64,000 nucleotides of DNA from Shigella phage pSs-1: the sequence record KM501444; one strand, written 5' to 3'. This document shows positions 49,312-58,675 of this stretch, in pieces (position 1 is the stretch's first letter; each line of letters opens with the position of its first letter). Below the pieces are notes generated by a model that did not search any database, was not told where the DNA came from, and saw only the letters and a program-made list of their open reading frames with translations. Position numbers and translations under genes: made by a program.

Positions 49312-49615
49312 TTTCTTCTCGGTTAAATCGGTGTTTGCAATGACGGCATTTATAATGAAGAATACTACTCTGCCAATGAATTAATTGAACCTGTTCAGTA
49401 CCGCATTCAGGACAATTAGGAACGTTTTTAGAAGCCCTTTCGCGACGTTCAACCATAGCCATAATAGCATCCCATGCTGGAGGTTTAAAATCTAAATCGT
49501 CACAACCATGAATCTTTCCACGCATTTCCAGATCGTCTTCTTCACCAGCCATAATAATTTTAATTAGACTGGAATTACTTGAAGCTGCAATATCTTCTAA
49601 TAAGCGCTTTTTCAT
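49298..49615 (-). CDS. zinc-ribbon protein (105 aa)
   Basis: CPEC...CRHC ribbon. Confidence 0.45.
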
Positions 49616-50541
49616 TTCAATACCTCAATAGCATTACGTAAACCATTTGCTTTTGCATTAAGAGCTTTTAACGATTTGGTGTGTTCGGCAATCTGGGCTT
49701 CAACTTCAATCAAACGAGCATTGAGATATTCACGTTCTTCGCTCAAGTTATCAATCTTTTCCACTTTAGGCTCTTTTACAACTGTCTTATATGTATTAGG
49801 ATTCTTCAGTTTAATTAGAATGCGTGAACTATATAACATTGAACCATTATCTTCGATTTCGTCATACATTTCTACTACGTCCATGATTTTTAACATCATG
49901 CGGAGTTTATAAGACAACGAACGAATAGTTTTGTTGTGCTTATTAATTTCTCTAGATGTCATGGTTCCGAGATTACGTGAGTAATAATAAGGAACTTGGA
50001 TATTAATTAACACCGATGAACCACCTGGCTTGTGTGTTACTTCATCAGCAATAACCCAATCCTTAACATGAACTGTATTTGTACGGTCATCACCAGCAGT
50101 AAATAGTTTGCGAGCATGCTTAAAAAGCATATTCACTTGGGTATTGAATTGACAAGCAAATTTATCAGCAAATTTAGTTTCAGGAATGGTAGATAACCAA
50201 TCAGCTAAATGGGTCTTTTTAACATCGTTAACAATAGTAAATTCAACCAAATCGGTTATAGATGTCGTAGATTTAATGAAGCTCGGCTTCATAAAGTTTT
50301 TAATGTTATCACGAGCTACAGTAGAAGATAGCATACGAGAACGTTTAAACCATTCAAGCAAATTGCCTAATGAATGAGAATAGGCGTTTTGAGTATCTTT
50401 ACAGATATGATTTTCCTGGCCAACATATTGAAGGAAATCACGAAGAATATTATTGATTACTGCTCTGTGTCCGATCTGATAATTACGGTGTTTAGTAATA
50501 AGACTATCAAAATAATCAATATAATGTTTACGAGTTTTCAT
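49612..50541 (-). CDS. coiled-coil tail family protein, paralog A (309 aa)
   Basis: shares N-terminal MKTR..YI and central lF+KqlL..AsrL...GdD motifs with three downstream ORFs; C-terminal heptad coiled coil. Confidence 0.55.
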   Translation of the reverse strand: MKTRKHYIDYFDSLITKHRNYQIGHRAVINNILRDFLQYVGQENHICKDTQNAYSHSLGNLLEWFKRSRMLSSTVARDNIKNFMKPSFIKSTTSITDLVEFTIVNDVKKTHLADWLSTIPETKFADKFACQFNTQVNMLFKHARKLFTAGDDRTNTVHVKDWVIADEVTHKPGGSSVLINIQVPYYYSRNLGTMTSREINKHNKTIRSLSYKLRMMLKIMDVVEMYDEIEDNGSMLYSSRILIKLKNPNTYKTVVKEPKVEKIDNLSEEREYLNARLIEVEAQIAEHTKSLKALNAKANGLRNAIEVLK

Positions 50542-50593
50542 GTTCTTCTCACTTGGTTAATGATTTATACTCCGAGCCATCCTTGGCTTTAAA

Positions 50594-51595
50594 TTACTTA
50601 ATTAACTGTAAAGCTTGTTCAAGACGATCAAGGCGATTAACAGATTCTTCCCAAATCCTTTTAGCCTGCTCATATTCTTTCTGTGCTTTATTAGAAATTT
50701 CTAAAACTTCTTTATAAGCTTTTTCTAATGCAATAACTTCTGGACGAATTTCTACCGGTTCAGGTGAATCATCAAGATTATCCATTAGTTCCTCAAGGGT
50801 AGTTTCTTCTTTAGGAGTATTCACAATTTCTTCACATTTTTGTTGGTAAATTTCTTTATCAGTCGGTGAGTACGCACACTTTACTTCACGAAGACTAACT
50901 ACAATTTTATATCCTTCCCAACCGCATATATTCTTAAAAGGATAAGTATGAATATTTTCTACTGTTTCCATACAAAGTAATGCGGTCTCTAACTGACGAG
51001 TTATATCGCTAGCAATTGAGAAAAATTTATTAATGTTCTTTTGATTAGCTTCTGGTGTAAAAAATTCATAATTCACAAAAATAGCTGCTTTATTTTTATC
51101 AAGCTCATATTCTTTTATGATAATCATATCAGAAGCCCAAGGATGGATTTGACGATAATCACCATAGCATAATTTAGAAGCTGATTTTAGAATTTGCTTC
51201 TTGAAAAGTCTAAAATTACTAATCCAACGACGAGTAAAAATATTCTCAGGGTCTTCTTTAGCATTAAGATGATAAGAATTAACATCACCGAACCAATTGT
51301 ATCCTACTACATCTTTAGTTCGTTTAATTTCTTTCCCAAATTTACCAAGAATATCTTGATTAACTAAATATGAAAGAAGACGAGACCCTTTAAAGGTTTC
51401 CTTAATATCATCTTTATATTCGCGACTAGAAATTTTATGAACTTCATGAATAAATTTGCTTGAAGAAACAATACTTGCATCAGTATTGTTGAGCCACTGA
51501 TTGATAATAGAAAGAACACTATTCTGACTAGACATAGATTTAACTTTATCATCAATAACGCTATTGAATGATTTGATATATTCGTTACGAGTCAT
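50594..51595 (-). CDS. coiled-coil tail family protein, paralog B (333 aa)
   Basis: ATG 51593-51595 with GAGGAG SD and early promoter; same family. Confidence 0.55.
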   Translation of the reverse strand: MTRNEYIKSFNSVIDDKVKSMSSQNSVLSIINQWLNNTDASIVSSSKFIHEVHKISSREYKDDIKETFKGSRLLSYLVNQDILGKFGKEIKRTKDVVGYNWFGDVNSYHLNAKEDPENIFTRRWISNFRLFKKQILKSASKLCYGDYRQIHPWASDMIIIKEYELDKNKAAIFVNYEFFTPEANQKNINKFFSIASDITRQLETALLCMETVENIHTYPFKNICGWEGYKIVVSLREVKCAYSPTDKEIYQQKCEEIVNTPKEETTLEELMDNLDDSPEPVEIRPEVIALEKAYKEVLEISNKAQKEYEQAKRIWEESVNRLDRLEQALQLIK

Positions 51596-51620
51596 ATTAA
51601 TCTCCTCAGTAGAAAGTAAG

Positions 51621-51653
51621 AACATTATACCACATCCTTGTGGCAAAGTAAAC
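51621..51653 (-). promoter_or_regulatory. T4-type early promoter
   Basis: cattataccac...gtaaac. Confidence 0.55.
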
Positions 51654-52675
51654 TAGTTCAGTGCATTTAGTGCATTGTTCAGTTTAGAACGTTGCTTTGT
51701 CAGATTTTGAACCCTTGACTGAGCTTGTTCTAACACCTTTTCAGCTTCTAGCACTTCATTGGTCGCTTTAACGAGTTCATCATCTACTGCCTTAAGAGAC
51801 TTCTCAATCGCGTCAGCGTGCCATTTTTCTACAGGTTTAAAATTTGAATTTTCAGTAGGAAGAAAACTCACTTTATTAAGTTTACATGCATCTATATTGC
51901 TTGAGCTATACATCCAAAATTTAGGATCGTTTGATGAGTAATTGGATAAATTTAAGTTATCTTGCACTTCCTGCTTTTTCTCTTGCGGGATTTCGTCCTT
52001 TCTCAAAAAATCGTATTTAAATGAAACGATCATATCAAGTTCATATGTTGTTGTGTCTAATTTAAATCGCTCAAAACGAGGTAAAATCTTAGACTGAACA
52101 GCGGCAACAACATCCATATACTTAAATGCTTCTGTCAACTGCGATTTAAGGCATTCGCAAATTGAAAGAGAATTTTTTGTATTAGGTTTAAAGCTAATTC
52201 GTGCAGTTCTGTTATTTTCTTTTAATGGTCTTACTTCCATCTGAAGAGTATAACCATCAAATTTCAGGTTCTTTAAGTTAATGTCAGAACCTTTTAATCG
52301 ACTAGCCGTCGACAAAATTTGCTTTAATTGTTTACGGAATAGAGCAATAAATCTCCATTCAATACGATAATGATTTGGATTAAAAAATCCAGATGATAAA
52401 TCAACCTTACTCTGACCAACGCCTTGAACAAATAGAGGATTTTTATAATCAATAGTTTTACAGAAATCGGTGAGCTGCTCACGAGCCGTCATTTGTGTAA
52501 TATACCCCGCTTTACTAAAATTACTCACCCATTCGCTGCTATTTAGATATTTAAAGTGATGAATAGCACGATTAACTTTATCAGGGTCTAAATTATTTTC
52601 GCACAAAAATGTCATAACATTACGAGTATCGCTGGCAGTACGAACCATATCTTCAATTTGAGAACGAGTTTTCAT
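51653..52675 (-). CDS. coiled-coil tail family protein, paralog C (340 aa)
   Basis: same family; C-terminal LEAEKVLEQAQSRVQNLTKQRSKLNNALNALN. Confidence 0.55.
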   Translation of the reverse strand: MKTRSQIEDMVRTASDTRNVMTFLCENNLDPDKVNRAIHHFKYLNSSEWVSNFSKAGYITQMTAREQLTDFCKTIDYKNPLFVQGVGQSKVDLSSGFFNPNHYRIEWRFIALFRKQLKQILSTASRLKGSDINLKNLKFDGYTLQMEVRPLKENNRTARISFKPNTKNSLSICECLKSQLTEAFKYMDVVAAVQSKILPRFERFKLDTTTYELDMIVSFKYDFLRKDEIPQEKKQEVQDNLNLSNYSSNDPKFWMYSSSNIDACKLNKVSFLPTENSNFKPVEKWHADAIEKSLKAVDDELVKATNEVLEAEKVLEQAQSRVQNLTKQRSKLNNALNALN

Positions 52676-52683
52676 GGTGTTCC

Positions 52684-53589
52684 TTAAGATTTAAGTAAAT
52701 CAACAATTTTAATTAACTTTTCACGCTCAGATTTAGCTTTACTATTCAGTCCAGATAGTCTGAAAATTTCATCATCATATTGTTGAATAGAAATATTCAG
52801 CTCTTCAATCTGTTTATTAAAATAATCAATTTGTTCAGAATGTTTTTCGTTACTACGAACTGGTACAGGTGTCGTAGGCAATTTAGTTGAACTGGATTCA
52901 TCCGGGCGATAAATTAAAATACAACTTGAACCAATAGGGCATTTTGCACCAGATGAATATTCTAATGTTCCAGCTTCTTTTAAAACTTCAAAAGCTAAAC
53001 AGAGATGATGCCCCATATTAACATAATCTGTAGAGCGAGCTCTGATATAATAATCATCGCCACGAATACTAAATTTAAAGCATTTAAGGTCTTCTGTATT
53101 ATTGGTCTTAAAAATCATTTGTTTATCTAGACCTTTAGCTAATCGAGCGCCTAATGCTAATAATCGTCTTTGATTTTCCCATAAATCCGCAATCATTTGA
53201 TCGAATGATAATTTTGGCATCAGTCGACCATAAAGGTCATATCCTTTATTATAATTACGAAGGATTTCACTTGCATTAATACGAGACAATGCTCCAATTT
53301 TATTAAGGGCTTTCATAATGCGATTAGATAAACTCATTCCAGACCCATTTGTTCGCTGCAAATGTTTTTCTAATCCAAATCCAATATCAACTTTAAACTT
53401 ATCTAAAATTTCTGCATGAACATCTCTGTCAATAACATTCAAATCCAAAGTTGGGTTAAATCTATGAAAAAATTTATCTGGCTCTCCACGACGAAATACA
53501 GTCCATTCATTCATCATTTTTTTATTAACTAAAGATTTAATTACTGCATTGACATTATTAATTACTACTGACATATTTTCCTCACTCAA
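52684..53589 (-). CDS. coiled-coil tail family protein, paralog D (301 aa)
   Basis: same family; C-terminal IEELNISIQQYDDEIFRLSGLNSKAKSEREKLIKIVDLLKS. Confidence 0.55.
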   Translation of the reverse strand: MSEENMSVVINNVNAVIKSLVNKKMMNEWTVFRRGEPDKFFHRFNPTLDLNVIDRDVHAEILDKFKVDIGFGLEKHLQRTNGSGMSLSNRIMKALNKIGALSRINASEILRNYNKGYDLYGRLMPKLSFDQMIADLWENQRRLLALGARLAKGLDKQMIFKTNNTEDLKCFKFSIRGDDYYIRARSTDYVNMGHHLCLAFEVLKEAGTLEYSSGAKCPIGSSCILIYRPDESSSTKLPTTPVPVRSNEKHSEQIDYFNKQIEELNISIQQYDDEIFRLSGLNSKAKSEREKLIKIVDLLKS

Positions 53590-53983
53590 TTTTACTAATT
53601 ACGCGGAATAAGATTGAACAAACTATATAAGTACCACATATAGACTGAACTAATGCCATTCCAAAGAACCAAACAATATTATCAAACCATGTCTGTTTTA
53701 CGTCGAAAGGACGTAAACTTACAGTAATATTATCACCTTTTTCTATTGAAGAATACATCTCTGGGGAAATATATTCACTAAATCTATAGCCGTCTTTAAG
53801 TTCATATACGGCAATAAACGATAAACTAGACCCTTTTCCTTGTGTTCCTGTAATGGTATTAACTACAGTAACATCATAATCTTTATAGTGCATATAATCA
53901 TTAATTGCGTAATAACCATATGCAACTACTACACATAAACAACATATCAATAAATTCAATCTTTTAATTATCAACTGTTTCAT
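53582..53983 (-). CDS. membrane protein (133 aa, N- and C-terminal TM segments)
   Basis: ORF track. Confidence 0.45.
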   Translation of the reverse strand: MKQLIIKRLNLLICCLCVVVAYGYYAINDYMHYKDYDVTVVNTITGTQGKGSSLSFIAVYELKDGYRFSEYISPEMYSSIEKGDNITVSLRPFDVKQTWFDNIVWFFGMALVQSICGTYIVCSILFRVISKIE

Positions 53984-54038
53984 AATAATCTCAATTAAAA
54001 GGGCTTAGAACCATTATACCATCCTTGGTATAAAGCGG

Positions 54039-54566
54039 TTATGCGAGTACCGTCTTTAACCGTTCTTCAAACTTCCGAAGAGTATTTTGGCGTTCAGCTC
54101 TTTGCTTTTTGTAAGTTTCAATACGCTCTGAAATGAGAGAGTATCGTTCATTTACTGATTCTTTCATAAAATCAGGAATTTCACGAGAAGCTTTAATCTC
54201 ATCAAATTTATCAATAACAGCTTGCTCTTCAGCAATTAAGTTATCATACATTAAAATATCTTTCTTGATGAACTCAATATCTTCTTGAGTTACACGAGAT
54301 AATTTAGATGCTTTATCCTTTTTGTACTGTTCGTTAGTATCACGAGACCAGTGTAATGTACGATTTTTATTCGTATTCTTGTAAATTTCTACAATACCAA
54401 TCTCATCAATAATAACGATCCAATTCCAACGGGATTTGTAAATTTGTCCTCCATCAACAGTGATTTCACCTCCGATTGAGATGTCATTAAAGAACTTGCT
54501 TTGTGCCTCAGATTTAAATTTACCATCGTTGTAATTTACCAAGTTGAAAATATCTTTAGCGTTCAT
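54039..54566 (-). CDS. hypothetical protein (175 aa)
   Basis: ORF track; early promoter upstream. Confidence 0.45.
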   Translation of the reverse strand: MNAKDIFNLVNYNDGKFKSEAQSKFFNDISIGGEITVDGGQIYKSRWNWIVIIDEIGIVEIYKNTNKNRTLHWSRDTNEQYKKDKASKLSRVTQEDIEFIKKDILMYDNLIAEEQAVIDKFDEIKASREIPDFMKESVNERYSLISERIETYKKQRAERQNTLRKFEERLKTVLA

Positions 54567-54592
54567 TTTGTGTTCCTCCGTAGTTGATAGTT

Positions 54593-54624
54593 GTATAGTA
54601 CCACAGAGGAACAGTCTTGTAAAC
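54593..54624 (-). promoter_or_regulatory. T4-type early promoter
   Basis: gtatagtaccac...gtaaac. Confidence 0.6.
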
Positions 54625-54626
54625 CA

Positions 54627-54941
54627 CTAAAAGAAACTTCTTTCACAATTTTTTCCACTGAACCATGCACTTACCGCTTTCTTAGTCTCAGGAGCAGTGT
54701 TATCCATAAACCATTCAAAGGCAGCCTTTTTATGATTCTGGAGGGCTTCTCGGGCTTTAATCTGCTCACGGTCTATTAACACTAACATATGAGCCTTTCT
54801 TGTCACCATGGGCTTCTTATGATTTTTTGAATACTCCCAGTCATTTGTCCATCGCATTGTCGTTGCGAACTGAAATACTGCTTCTTTAATTTTAGTTTCG
54901 TAAATTTCACGAGCCTTTGAGTATAACATCACTACCTCCAT
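54627..54941 (-). CDS. hypothetical protein (104 aa)
   Basis: ORF track. Confidence 0.4.
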   Translation of the reverse strand: MEVVMLYSKAREIYETKIKEAVFQFATTMRWTNDWEYSKNHKKPMVTRKAHMLVLIDREQIKAREALQNHKKAAFEWFMDNTAPETKKAVSAWFSGKNCERSFF

Positions 54942-55030
54942 TCATCAGTTTAATTCTAGTCATCTTTTTAATGGCAGTCCATATAATCTATTTCTGAACT
55001 GCCTTTTTGTCATAGAAGTCCTCTTATGAA

Positions 55031-55999
55031 TTATTTCAAAAGAGTAACCTCAGCAATTTCTTCCCAACCGTTTTTGTCGGTCATAATAAAGTCAGCAAGA
55101 TAAAGAGCAGTACGCAGTGAAACATTGCGTAAACGATTAACATTAACTTTCATCCATGATAATGCTTTATAAGTTTCTTCATCAGAAAGACCGCGCTTTT
55201 GCATCATGTCAGTTGAAAGAATAACATCTTCAACCCTGACCATAATTTCTTCATTAGTGTGAACACCCAAATCTAAATAAACTGAGCGGGACACTAATGC
55301 TTGTAAATGTGGAGCAAGTTTAGTACCACGGTCTAATTCGCGGTCAATGTCAACGTTTGTGATAAAAACAATCGTTCCTTTAAATTCAAACTCACGCTCA
55401 ATGCCTTTTTCTTCTAAGTAAGAAGACGCAGTGCTCCAGCAGACTTTACGGGTCTCTCCGGTGTCCAGAGCAGCTTTTAGAAGATTAAGAATGTCCATAT
55501 CAGAGAAAACATCCACATCATCAATCAAAAGGACAGAATTCTCTTCACGATTATTCCAAAGCTGCTCATAAAGACCAATACCAGAGATTTTACCATTAAT
55601 GCTTTTATATTCAATGTATCCAATATCATTTGCTTTATTTAAAGCTTTATCTAAAGAATACGTTTTACCAATACCTGCTGCTCCTGAGATAATTAATGAA
55701 CGAATATTTCCGTTAATAATACCATTCGTCATCATTCCCATAACATTAAATCTTTTATTAATGCGGGTTTTCATATCTTCATACGATTCTTTAACTTCTT
55801 CAACTTTTACACCATCATATGAAATATCTGATTTGTAAACCCAAACACCGCGACGTTTACCGTCAATTTCAACAAAAACTTTACCATCTCCTTGTGCATC
55901 TACCGGAGCATTATCTGGGAACCATTCGCCTAAGAGCTCAAAAGTTCCAGAGATTTCTTTACCGAAGTAGATACCCTTATTGATAGTTACAGTTTTCAT
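55031..55999 (-). CDS. AAA+/P-loop ATPase (322 aa)
   Basis: ATG 55997-55999 with GGAG SD; Walker A GAAGIGKT, Walker B LLIDDVD; about 110-aa N-terminal extra domain. Confidence 0.6.
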   Translation of the reverse strand: MKTVTINKGIYFGKEISGTFELLGEWFPDNAPVDAQGDGKVFVEIDGKRRGVWVYKSDISYDGVKVEEVKESYEDMKTRINKRFNVMGMMTNGIINGNIRSLIISGAAGIGKTYSLDKALNKANDIGYIEYKSINGKISGIGLYEQLWNNREENSVLLIDDVDVFSDMDILNLLKAALDTGETRKVCWSTASSYLEEKGIEREFEFKGTIVFITNVDIDRELDRGTKLAPHLQALVSRSVYLDLGVHTNEEIMVRVEDVILSTDMMQKRGLSDEETYKALSWMKVNVNRLRNVSLRTALYLADFIMTDKNGWEEIAEVTLLK

Positions 56000-56080
56000 T
56001 TTATTCTCCAAATCCGTATCAGTTGATAGTTGTATAGTACCATAAAGCTTTATGCTTGTAAACTGTTTTGTGAAAAAATT
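55995..56080 (-). repeat. promoter/early-start cassette repeat (copy 2), near-identical to 29691-29780
   Basis: shared about 85-bp sequence including SD, -10, -35 and UP element. Confidence 0.6.
56031..56063 (-). promoter_or_regulatory. T4-type early promoter
   Basis: gtatagtaccat...gtaaac with UP element. Confidence 0.6.
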
Positions 56081-56093
56081 TTGAAATAAAAAA

Positions 56094-56111
56094 GGGAGCC
56101 CGAAGGCTCCC
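56094..56111 (-). terminator. UUCG hairpin terminator
   Basis: gggagcc-cgaa-ggctccc followed by UUUUUUAUUU on minus. Confidence 0.55.
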
Positions 56112-56113
56112 TA

Positions 56114-56359
56114 TCATTTATAATAACTTCGATGGTTTTCAAGATAAACCCTCTCAAGGAAGTCATCCCAAAAACACATGTCTACTTTTTGCTGCATACC
56201 GTTCTTAGAAGCTTCAATGGATGCTGCTTCTACTTGATCGACCACATCTTCCAAAAACTCTTGAACAGTTTTAAATGGATGTTTACCCAACTTCACGTCG
56301 AGAATAAATGGAGCGTCTTGAAGTGGATAGACTAAGTCACCAGTTTTGTAAATTTCCAA
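56114..56359 (-). CDS. hypothetical protein (81 aa); frame overlaps 3' end of upstream nucleotidyltransferase
   Basis: ORF track start is TTG with no clear SD; frame stays open about 29 codons upstream into the NTase gene. Confidence 0.35.
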   Translation of the reverse strand: MEIYKTGDLVYPLQDAPFILDVKLGKHPFKTVQEFLEDVVDQVEAASIEASKNGMQQKVDMCFWDDFLERVYLENHRSYYK

Positions 56360-56388
56360 TAGTTGGAGTCCACCACGGCAAGCATGAC

Positions 56389-57126
56389 TCAGAGCTTTCC
56401 AGTCAATGCCCTCATTCGCTTCAGCCTTACGAGCACGTCGCCGTATTCAGCATCAAGTTTATTCAAAGATTGCTTAAGCTCGATAAGAGAAAGCGTTGTT
56501 TGATATTTACGACCCAACACAGTGTAGAACGTTTGTGGGCCTGTTTTCTCATGATTATGGAATACCCATTCGCAGAACTCGTTCTCTGGAAGACGATGCT
56601 TAATATCTTCAACTTTAGTTCGACGCTGCTTAATGGAACCGTCTTCTTGGTAATCAACCCATTGCTCAGGGATTTGATTAACTACTTTCAATATATCACG
56701 TAATGCGGCCAAACGAGAACCTTTAACACCGTATTTAGAAGCTTGCTTGCGAACATATCCTAAGTAGGATTTCATGTTGGTCGTATAAAAACGAGAACGG
56801 TTGTCTTGAATAAACTTCCATACATCAGGCAAATCAGATTTAACTACTAGTTCCGGTGGAGTGTGGAGCATATCCAATGCTACAGTTTCACCATCTGCTG
56901 CTAATTTAAAGAAATACTTAAGACTGTATAGTTCATGGTCAATATCATCTTTAGTGTTTTTAGATGATGTGTTGTTAGTGTTTTTACTCATATGCTCTTT
57001 AACATTTCCAATAAGAATATCGCGAGCAGGAGGAACAAAGATTTCTTTAAAATCTACATCAGATTCTGGAGTAGAAGTTCCATAAAGATGACTACCAAAA
57101 TAGCTTTTCATTACTGTTTTCATCAT
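56389..57126 (-). CDS. pol-beta-superfamily nucleotidyltransferase (245 aa)
   Basis: N-terminal GSHLYGTSTPESDVDF fits the G[SG]-x(9-13)-DxD NTase signature. Confidence 0.55.
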   Translation of the reverse strand: MMKTVMKSYFGSHLYGTSTPESDVDFKEIFVPPARDILIGNVKEHMSKNTNNTSSKNTKDDIDHELYSLKYFFKLAADGETVALDMLHTPPELVVKSDLPDVWKFIQDNRSRFYTTNMKSYLGYVRKQASKYGVKGSRLAALRDILKVVNQIPEQWVDYQEDGSIKQRRTKVEDIKHRLPENEFCEWVFHNHEKTGPQTFYTVLGRKYQTTLSLIELKQSLNKLDAEYGDVLVRLKRMRALTGKL

Positions 57127-57596
57127 TCAGCCTTATATTCAATAACAGGACATACTTTAGCTTTACGCGCTTTTAAAAATTCGACGATAATAGATTTCTT
57201 GGGTTGAATAGGAGGTAAACCTTTATACGCCCTATCAATATTTTCTACATGTAAAGCATAATCCTTTTTCCATTTATAATCTTTATATTTTTCATGCAGT
57301 TGTGCAGGAATAACAAATGAACCAATAATAAGTAAAACAAGCAAAATGGCAAGTATAAATGCTGATGGAATAAGAGTCCATAAACTACCAAAAATAAGCC
57401 ATTTCTGCATGATTTCTGCACAGATAATAGTTAGACCTGCGAGTATAGTACATCCGAAAAAAGAAACGAAAAATGTAGGGATAACAATAGACCAAAAGTA
57501 TGCACACAGTGTCTTAGGTCGTTTCCATTCATCATTAAACAGTTTGAATAATTTATAGTGCCAAGAGTTTTCATTAATAATCATAATTATAATCAT
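57123..57596 (-). CDS. membrane protein (157 aa)
   Basis: ORF track; hydrophobic helices. Confidence 0.45.
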   Translation of the reverse strand: MIIIMIINENSWHYKLFKLFNDEWKRPKTLCAYFWSIVIPTFFVSFFGCTILAGLTIICAEIMQKWLIFGSLWTLIPSAFILAILLVLLIIGSFVIPAQLHEKYKDYKWKKDYALHVENIDRAYKGLPPIQPKKSIIVEFLKARKAKVCPVIEYKAE

Positions 57597-58114
57597 CCTT
57601 TCATTGAAGGTGTAACAGTTGTTAAATACTTAATCATAGCTTCAGCTTCTGATTTTGATAATGAAATTTCTCCATTATTTTGACGAATAGAAATAAAATC
57701 CGGATGACGGTCACCACCAGCTTTTAAAACACACATATAAGTATCAGTTTCATCTTCAATATTTGAAATGATTGAAGCAGTTCCGCATGAATGTGGTTTT
57801 TGATAAATCAATGCAGCTTTTCTTCCACCGTTTGACTGTTCATAAACTTTTAACACATCAAACAAATCGCTTCTTTTATCAATAGCTAAGATGTTGTTTT
57901 CATCTTCAATGTTAAATCCTTCGGATACTTCATAAAGTGTCACCCATAAATCACCTATATCGATAGTAGCATTTCCTTTTCCACGACTTTCAAGAATGTG
58001 ACAAATTTTCTTAATTTCATCATAACTCATTTTAATAATATCATCTCCTTGACTAAGGAAGATGTCATTTTTAAATTCAACGCGAATTAAACCACTTCCA
58101 CTTGAAATAAACAT
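57593..58114 (-). CDS. hypothetical protein (173 aa), paralog of next ORF
   Basis: C-terminus ISLSKSEAEAMIKYLTTVTPSM vs VTFTKDEAIALKTYLDSVIPTM; shared GFNIE motif. Confidence 0.5.
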   Translation of the reverse strand: MFISSGSGLIRVEFKNDIFLSQGDDIIKMSYDEIKKICHILESRGKGNATIDIGDLWVTLYEVSEGFNIEDENNILAIDKRSDLFDVLKVYEQSNGGRKAALIYQKPHSCGTASIISNIEDETDTYMCVLKAGGDRHPDFISIRQNNGEISLSKSEAEAMIKYLTTVTPSMKG

Positions 58115-58120
58115 ATTTCC

Positions 58121-58675
58121 TCACTTTGAAATCATAGTTGGAATGACAGAATCAAGATAAGTCTTTAGCGCAATAGCTTCGTCTTTGGTAAATGTGACAA
58201 TATGCGATCGAAAATCATCAATTTGACGAATAGTTAAGACATCTCCATCTTCATAACATTTTGATACGTTTAAAACAGTTTCATCATTCTGATTGCAAGC
58301 GTTAGTAATAATAGCATTGCAATTTTTAAACCATTTTAAACTATGTTTTCTTTCATTAGAATAATAAAAATATTTAATCTTATCTATAAAACTGTCCCAA
58401 TGAATAACTGATAAACACATTGACTCGCTTTCAATATTAAATCCTGGGCATGAAGAATAAAAATGAATTTTATGCTCATCATTAATGCTTACAATTTTAT
58501 CAGTATAAGGATTTTCAATTTGGGTTAAATGAATGATTTCACTAGGCGTAAAATACATCATATCATCTTCTTGCGTCAAACGATACATATTATTTACTTT
58601 TTCTATAGCTAATTCACCAAAAAGTGAACTAACTTCTAGTACTAATCGTTTCATATTAATCCTTTTTATTGGCAT
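58121..58675 (-). CDS. hypothetical protein (184 aa), paralog of preceding ORF
   Basis: see preceding. Confidence 0.5.
   Translation of the reverse strand: MPIKRINMKRLVLEVSSLFGELAIEKVNNMYRLTQEDDMMYFTPSEIIHLTQIENPYTDKIVSINDEHKIHFYSSCPGFNIESESMCLSVIHWDSFIDKIKYFYYSNERKHSLKWFKNCNAIITNACNQNDETVLNVSKCYEDGDVLTIRQIDDFRSHIVTFTKDEAIALKTYLDSVIPTMISK

Noticed and set aside
56360-56460. Programmed -1 ribosomal frameshift joining the nucleotidyltransferase and the 81-aa ORF
   Set aside because: No slippery heptamer or downstream pseudoknot-like structure is evident in the overlap. Indel or independent gene is more parsimonious.
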